The position numbers were made by a program, and so were the translations under genes. A stretch of 62,637 nucleotides of DNA, filler included, from Sphacelaria rigidula (lineage: Eukaryota): NCBI GenBank assembly GCA_964200075.2. It is 11 parts of 11 records of this genome, joined end to end, with 100 filler letters (N's around TTAATTAATTAA, not from the genome) between each part and the next. Parts side by side here need not be neighbours in the genome. Positions count along the whole stretch, not along the records: positions 57,035 to 62,637 come from CAXNAA020025953.1; 10 more parts are not named here. The stretch is one strand, 5' to 3'. A model generated the notes under the pieces. The model was given only the letters and a program-made list of their open reading frames with translations. It made no database searches and had not been told where the DNA came from. How positions within the stretch are numbered: position 1 is the stretch's first letter; each line of letters starts with the position of its first letter. Below, in pieces: positions 57,132 through 62,637 of this stretch.

Positions 57132-60100
57132 TTTATAATCATTTTTTTGAAATCTAGATGCAAAAGTTAAAATTCTTGTGGGTGTAAATACGAACGTTCG
57201 TGACTCATTGGTTTCAATGCAAGAGTGTTTCCGCAGTTAATATCCCAAAACATTCGCCAGCTAACGGATTAAACATACGGAGTAGGTACACTTTTAAGAA
57301 AATAAGACGTTGAGAAAATTTGGTTGCCGTCTGGAACTACAGTAGCAGAAATGCCAGGAAACCTGCGACTTGTTCCAAAACAAATATTCAGAGGAGGATA
57401 GCTTGCCCAATATGTGCTGTCCCTCGCTTTTTTGGAATGTTCGACATAGGGTGCCCGACGTAAATAATGCAGATACAGCAAGTGACCCCAACATAGCATG
57501 ACTTTTCGACCATCCAGCTCTAAGAACTATACCTGCGGCACTCATCCTTAACTACGGAAAAATCGATTTTCGAATGGCTGAAAGATTGAAACACTATACC
57601 GTAAACAGGTAGGGTGGCAGGAAACTCGAATACGGGGAATGTGTACCAATTTGATATGTTCTACATCGGGTACTTCAATTATTTCAATACAGAGACGAGG
57701 AGTGGCAACCCGATAAAGTGGAAATGTATGTATATTACTCCTGTGATATATTCATATATGGATGTACATCATAATACATCTGCACATCAGGCTGGCCGAT
57801 TGTTTGCCTGAGAATTTTTGCAGTTGGGTGAGTTCTTACGTACAAAACGTAAGCCATAGTCTTCCTTGAAAAGGTTATTCATAGAACTCCATGTCCTCAC
57901 AATTTCCGACAGCCAACTCTGAGTGAGTTGTCAGGAGGCAGCACATATTGGGCAACGCTTTCGAGGGTAAAGTGTCTAGGCATGTTTCGGGGACCGCGGT
58001 GTGCTTTCTAGACAGATGACAATAGAAACAATGTCTTCCTCTCGAATAGGTGGGATTTGGATCCATCCAGGTCGATGGCATAACCATGACGAGTTTTTTC
58101 CCTCCTACAATTGAGGTTCAGGATGACTGGTGATTTATATCGTCGGTACGGTAGCAGCGTATGGTTTGTTTTCCGCGAATATCCTACTGCTGCAAACAAC
58201 AAACCTTCTTGTTTGTGTCTTAGCGACCTCGGCAATGATACTCAACCACGCTCGCCTTCGACAATGCAGTTAACTTGTCAAAGGAGAGATTCAAAGATAC
58301 CCTGTATACTACTATGCGCACCGCCAACCATCGGGTACGTTTGGTGTGGGCACGGATGGATTTGCAGCGGGAAGACTCGGTGCGACAATTGATCACGTAC
58401 TTTATCTATCTTTGTCACAAAAATACTGGTGTATACTGCGCCTACTGAACCAGTCAGCGCTATTACCATTCAACAAAATATACCTATTATACACACAGAT
58501 GTACTTTCTCGATTTGTGATTGTTTAGGGTGACGCCACTGGCTGGTAAAAATTGCCTCAATGCAAAGGGTTAGGTGTACTACCTGTACCGCTGCTGCTGC
58601 TACTGCTACTACCACTGCTCCTGCTACTACTGCTGCTATTTTTAGGTGTGCTGTACCTCATTTGCACCCTGACGGAGCCCCTTCAGAAGGAATGCCAGCC
58701 GTCTCTGTGCCTTGCGAAGCCATTTTCTTCGTACTCGCGGTCTTTGATAGCTGCGAACTTTCTTCACCATGGCGCGCGCTGCCAAGATTTTCTCGCTGAC
58801 CGCGGTCATTTTCTTCGCCTTCGTAGAGGTGGTGATCGATATCAGTAAGTCACCGCACGATCATCGGAACAAGAGAGGGACAGAGACAGTGACCGTAAAT
58901 CAGGGACAGTAAGTCATCGCACGATCGTCGGAATGAAAGAGGGATAGAGGCGGTGACAGCGAGAGAGATAAACAGATAGACAGACGGGTAGATAGGCAGA
59001 CAGAGAACGTGGTATGATGAACGCAAGCATGAACAACTATACATTGGGTGAGCCAGACCTTCACTTAAGTTGGACAGACTTATTTTCTTGCGGGTTACCC
59101 GGCAATTCCACCCCTGAGCTCTCAGGCGGTTTCAGAACGGTGTGACATATTCCCGTGTCCATATGGAGGGGGGAAAAGTATACCAGAAGAAATTCAATGC
59201 CTGGTTCATGCAGCGCTGTAAGCTGACTTGAAAGTGCCGTTGCATTGGTCGTTGTTCACCTACGAGAATTTGATGACTACCTATGCGGTAGTGCTCGCGG
59301 CCAGTGGGGACGGGTCCTTGGTGCAATGCCTCGCTAGTTTGAATCCATGAGACGGGGTGGTCGTTCGAATTATGGTAGCGCAAATTCGAAGCAGGTGAGC
59401 GCCGCGGGTACGTTCATCTCATGGGCAATGTCAACTTCGCGTTATTGTACGATCACGTCGTCCCAAGACAAGAATACACCATGTAAACATGTACAGGACA
59501 AGCTACGGTCAGTCAGTGCGACCAGTACTGTACTACATTGTAGGTCATCGCACAGTAGAGCGGCGTGGTACAAGGACAGTGGTGCAGGTGAACTCTCGAG
59601 AATACATTCATAACTTCGACCATGTAAAATAAATACTGAAGTAGGCTTACCGCAGAACAAAAATGTCTGCATGGTTTGGGCAGCATTGCTGGAAGACACA
59701 TATTCTGCTCCTACTTTCAAAGCCTTGAAACAGCAACAACAACAAGGACAACAAATTCGATTTCGGCCACACAAGCAACACGTGTTACGATCGTATCACC
59801 TGCCGAATGAAGGCTCCTTCGGGGTGTGCCAAGACGCACTCCGCCAGCCAGGAACCCTTGCAAATGTGGTCAAACCTTCTCGTTCATAGAATGGCGCCAA
59901 CACACGGATACACACACATGTAGCGAAGAAAATGAACGAGCCGTTAGGTATGGAAAACGTCGCCTGTCGCGGTGTGCGAGAAAAGCACGCGGAAGTGAAC
60001 ACTATCACCGAGAGGGGCCCATGATACGAAACATCATCCACGAAAAGAGGAGGTGGGTCCATGCGGCTTGATCTATAGCATTGCTTTCTTTTTGTCTTGT

Positions 60101-60581
60101 AGCCCCCTTCTACACCCTCCCAACGACCGCTTGAACGACTCCACGGGGGCCCCTTTCTCCTACGTTGCGACTTCATGATTGAATTGACACATACGTATAT
60201 ATGTGGTGCACCAACACCGGAAAAAAATCATATCTGGCACGAAATAGAACTTCAAGTATTTGTCTCGCTGCTTGTCCGGATTCCATCAAAGCGTGTGCGC
60301 GTCTCTCATCAACACGGTCGCACTATCCTGCAAGACTAACGTCGAGAGATTGATCGAGGTTGAAGATCTTAGTACTGTATTGCTACTTGCTGCGTAGGCT
60401 AGGCATCCAGATTTCCGGGGGGAAAGGAGGGGGGGGGGGTCGCTAGCTTTTTTATGCGGTAACCATGACGGCGGTCGATTCAGATCATATTTCGCGGGAT
60501 GGAGAACCTCGACTCTGCGCAAAGGGAATGATAGTACGACGCAGTGTTTTAATGGTGCGACACCCATGAGGCAGTGTAGCC

Positions 60582-60850
60582 CGCGGCTGTCTCTGGAAGT
60601 GGCAATACCAAAAAATAAAGCAACTCATGCGCGACTGTCAACACCGTGTAAAATAATTAGTCCGCTTGCCAAAACATCTTAGCAAGATGCAGGTCACCCT
60701 TCATGCGATTCGCCGAACACATCACGGCGCTTCGCGCTTTGTGATTTCAAGCCTGTTCCGGCGAAAACGTGGCTTGCTTCGTTCCGCTTTTGTAGGGGTG
60801 CGAGGTCAATGATCCTATGACTACGATGTGCAAGATCATGAGCACGCCCC
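60582..60850 (+). mobile_element. Degenerate copy of the ~285-bp repeat ending in structured element subfamily A (60774-60845)
   Basis: Colinear with 4496-4782 (AAAATAAAGCAACTCA, TGCAGGTCACCCTTCA, CGCCGAACAC, CAAGATCATGAG.AC). Confidence 0.8.
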
Positions 60851-61027
60851 TCGTCTCCACGGGAGGGTGATTTGGATCGTCGTTTTCTTCTACCGATTCT
60901 CCTTATCGTGTAGGGGAGAGGAGGGGGGGGGGGGGGGGGGGGTGGAGGGAGGGGGTGCGGCGCGGCGTCCGGAAGCCGACACAGCAGCGGTCGCTGGGGC
61001 GNNNNNNNNNNGCCCGATTGTACTCTC

Positions 61028-61261
61028 CATGACCCTTTCTACGATAGCCCCCCCAAAACCAGCCCATACCGCGCCTGATGTTTGGGTTCAGGCTGCATGA
61101 AGCATCTCATATTGGCGACATTGGCTAGAACGAGCCCAACGGTGGGAAGTTCCAGCTGCTCGTTGTGTTCGCCATTTTCCATTTCGATTTACGTGAAGAT
61201 TTTGCGTCCCAAAACCATGCACTTTTTTTTTGGGGGGGGGCTATCGTAGAGAGTGTCCATG
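61028..61261. mobile_element. Small MITE with CTACGATAGCCCCCCC / GGGGGGGCTATCGTAG TIRs
   Basis: About 28-bp imperfect inverted ends. A matching right end lies near 11598-11630. Confidence 0.65.
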
Positions 61262-61819
61262 CACCTTGTAATCCACGATAATCGCGTTGACTTTTGTGCG
61301 CTCGCCTGGAGTGTTTGGTGTTTTCCACTGCCTTGAGTGTGCGGCCCACCGACACGCCCGCGCAGTCAACAACATCGTCCGGCATGTCGGCAGTTTTTCT
61401 GCCAAATTTTGTCCCCAGCCGTCCTGTGTATGCCCATCCTGGCTTATCCAAACGAAACAGCTCTGAGAAGTGAGTTATAACCTCCTAATTCACGGGTGAA
61501 GGCGAGGAGAGGGGGGCGCGGGGAAGTGCAGATTGTCCTAACATTGATCGGGTTCATGGTATATCAAATCAGAGACAGAAATAGCTCCAAAAGCACGATC
61601 CCTTGCACAGGTTTCACGTACTTTATGACATGCGGTACGTTTGTGCGCTCGGAGGTGTACGAAAATATCGATTCCTGGGGGATGACTCCCTGCGTTAAAT
61701 AAAATCTACATCGAAGAGGGATGAGTGGAGAGGAGGCGGGCGGGCAATGATTCAGGTCCAGTGGACATGCAGGCGTAGAGCTCAGCGCAATCGTGCCGTT
61801 TGCGCAATTTTGACATTGA

Positions 61820-62123
61820 ATGGTTTGATTTGATTTTGATTGATTGTCGTACTTTAACTGATCCCCCAGGGGTCCAGCCGGGGTCTCATGATAGACGTAC
61901 CCGAGAAGAAGGAACAGAACAAAACATAAGTCGAAATGGACGAGATAGCAGACTAAGTCGTAACAAAAAAAATAAGTCAACACAAGCAAAGCACAGAAAA
62001 AAATGGCCGACCTAAAAAAAACAAGGGAAAAGAAGAGGAAAGAATGGTGACTATGAGAAACAAATAAGGGACGGGGAGAAGGAGAGGTTGAATCAGGACC
62101 AAGCGCGAGTATTGACTTATAGG
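61820..62123 (-). mobile_element. LINE/SINE-like 3' end with (TCAA)n-like tail
   Basis: Colinear with 1690-1920 (TTGTCG.ACT.TAAC.GA, TCCAGCCG, GACGTACC, AGACTAA, AAATGGCCG). Confidence 0.6.
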
Positions 62124-62637
62124 TATATGCCGCTTTCAATGTGTAGATGGAAGCTAAAAAAACAAATACTCAAAACTTATCTCGCGAGACTTCACGAGCC
62201 AGTCGTCTAACATTTCTCTGCGTGCATTTAGTTTGATTCAGAACACACAGGTTAAATCGTGAGCGAGCGGTTGGAGACAAAACGTAAGGGATCGAAAAAG
62301 AAGTTGTACCACGGCGTGCTTGGTCCTTTCGAGGGACCTGCAGTATACCTGCGGCAGCTGATCACAAGTATGAGACGAACATCAAAAGTGAGGGAACGAG
62401 CGCATGATACGGAACAGCAGCATAAATCGTATCGAGGGCTGTGACCACTTCATCTGGGGTTGTCGTTTGTCTCCCTGCCAAATTCAAAACCTCAATCATA
62501 GCGAATAGCAACGTCCTAGGCACCTGTCAAAGCGCGCGCGCGGGGGGGGGGGGGGGGGGGCGGGCCACACCACGGACGCGATGCTTGGGGGGGGGGGAGG
62601 GACGACCAGCGCCCAGCACCCCCCCACCGACCACCAC

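Noticed and set aside
58552..58848. Poly-Leu ORF and similar ORFs over microsatellites (22829, 37055, 52138, 53007)
   Set aside because: Open frames are explained by simple repeats, with no splice or motif support.
1..62637. Any operon-like or cross-contig gene neighbourhood
   Set aside because: The window is a size-sorted concatenation of 11 unrelated contigs, so adjacency across linkers is meaningless.

Overview
This window is not one locus. It is 11 unrelated contigs of 5603-5604 bp joined by an artificial 100-bp linker (44 N + TTAATTAATTAA + 44 N). The contigs are 1-5604, 5705-11308, 11409-17012, 17113-22716, 22817-28419, 28520-34122, 34223-39825, 39926-45528, 45629-51231, 51332-56934 and 57035-62637. 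The DNA is eukaryotic, intron-rich and repeat-dense. It is probably from a brown alga (inference from TTAGGG repeats, exon style and my recollection of the repeat families, not from a search). Most ORFs in the supplied track are spurious. Reading splice sites by hand gives fragments of several genes: an EF-hand-like protein (contig 1), a fibronectin type III protein with up to 7 exons (contig 6), an XRCC4-like coiled coil (contig 7), and unknown proteins (contigs 4, 5, 10). Mobile DNA includes a complete non-autonomous LTR element with PBS and TSD, a tRNA-derived SINE family, LINE-like 3' ends, and several MITE families. I found no prokaryotic operon, CRISPR array or intact transposase. The best novelty candidates are a 66-72 nt dispersed element (9 copies) with conserved stems, swapped loops and flanking C-tracts; a 16-unit 42-bp palindromic array; a long imperfect hairpin over a stop codon; and AACAG-ended elements with a 4-bp TSD.
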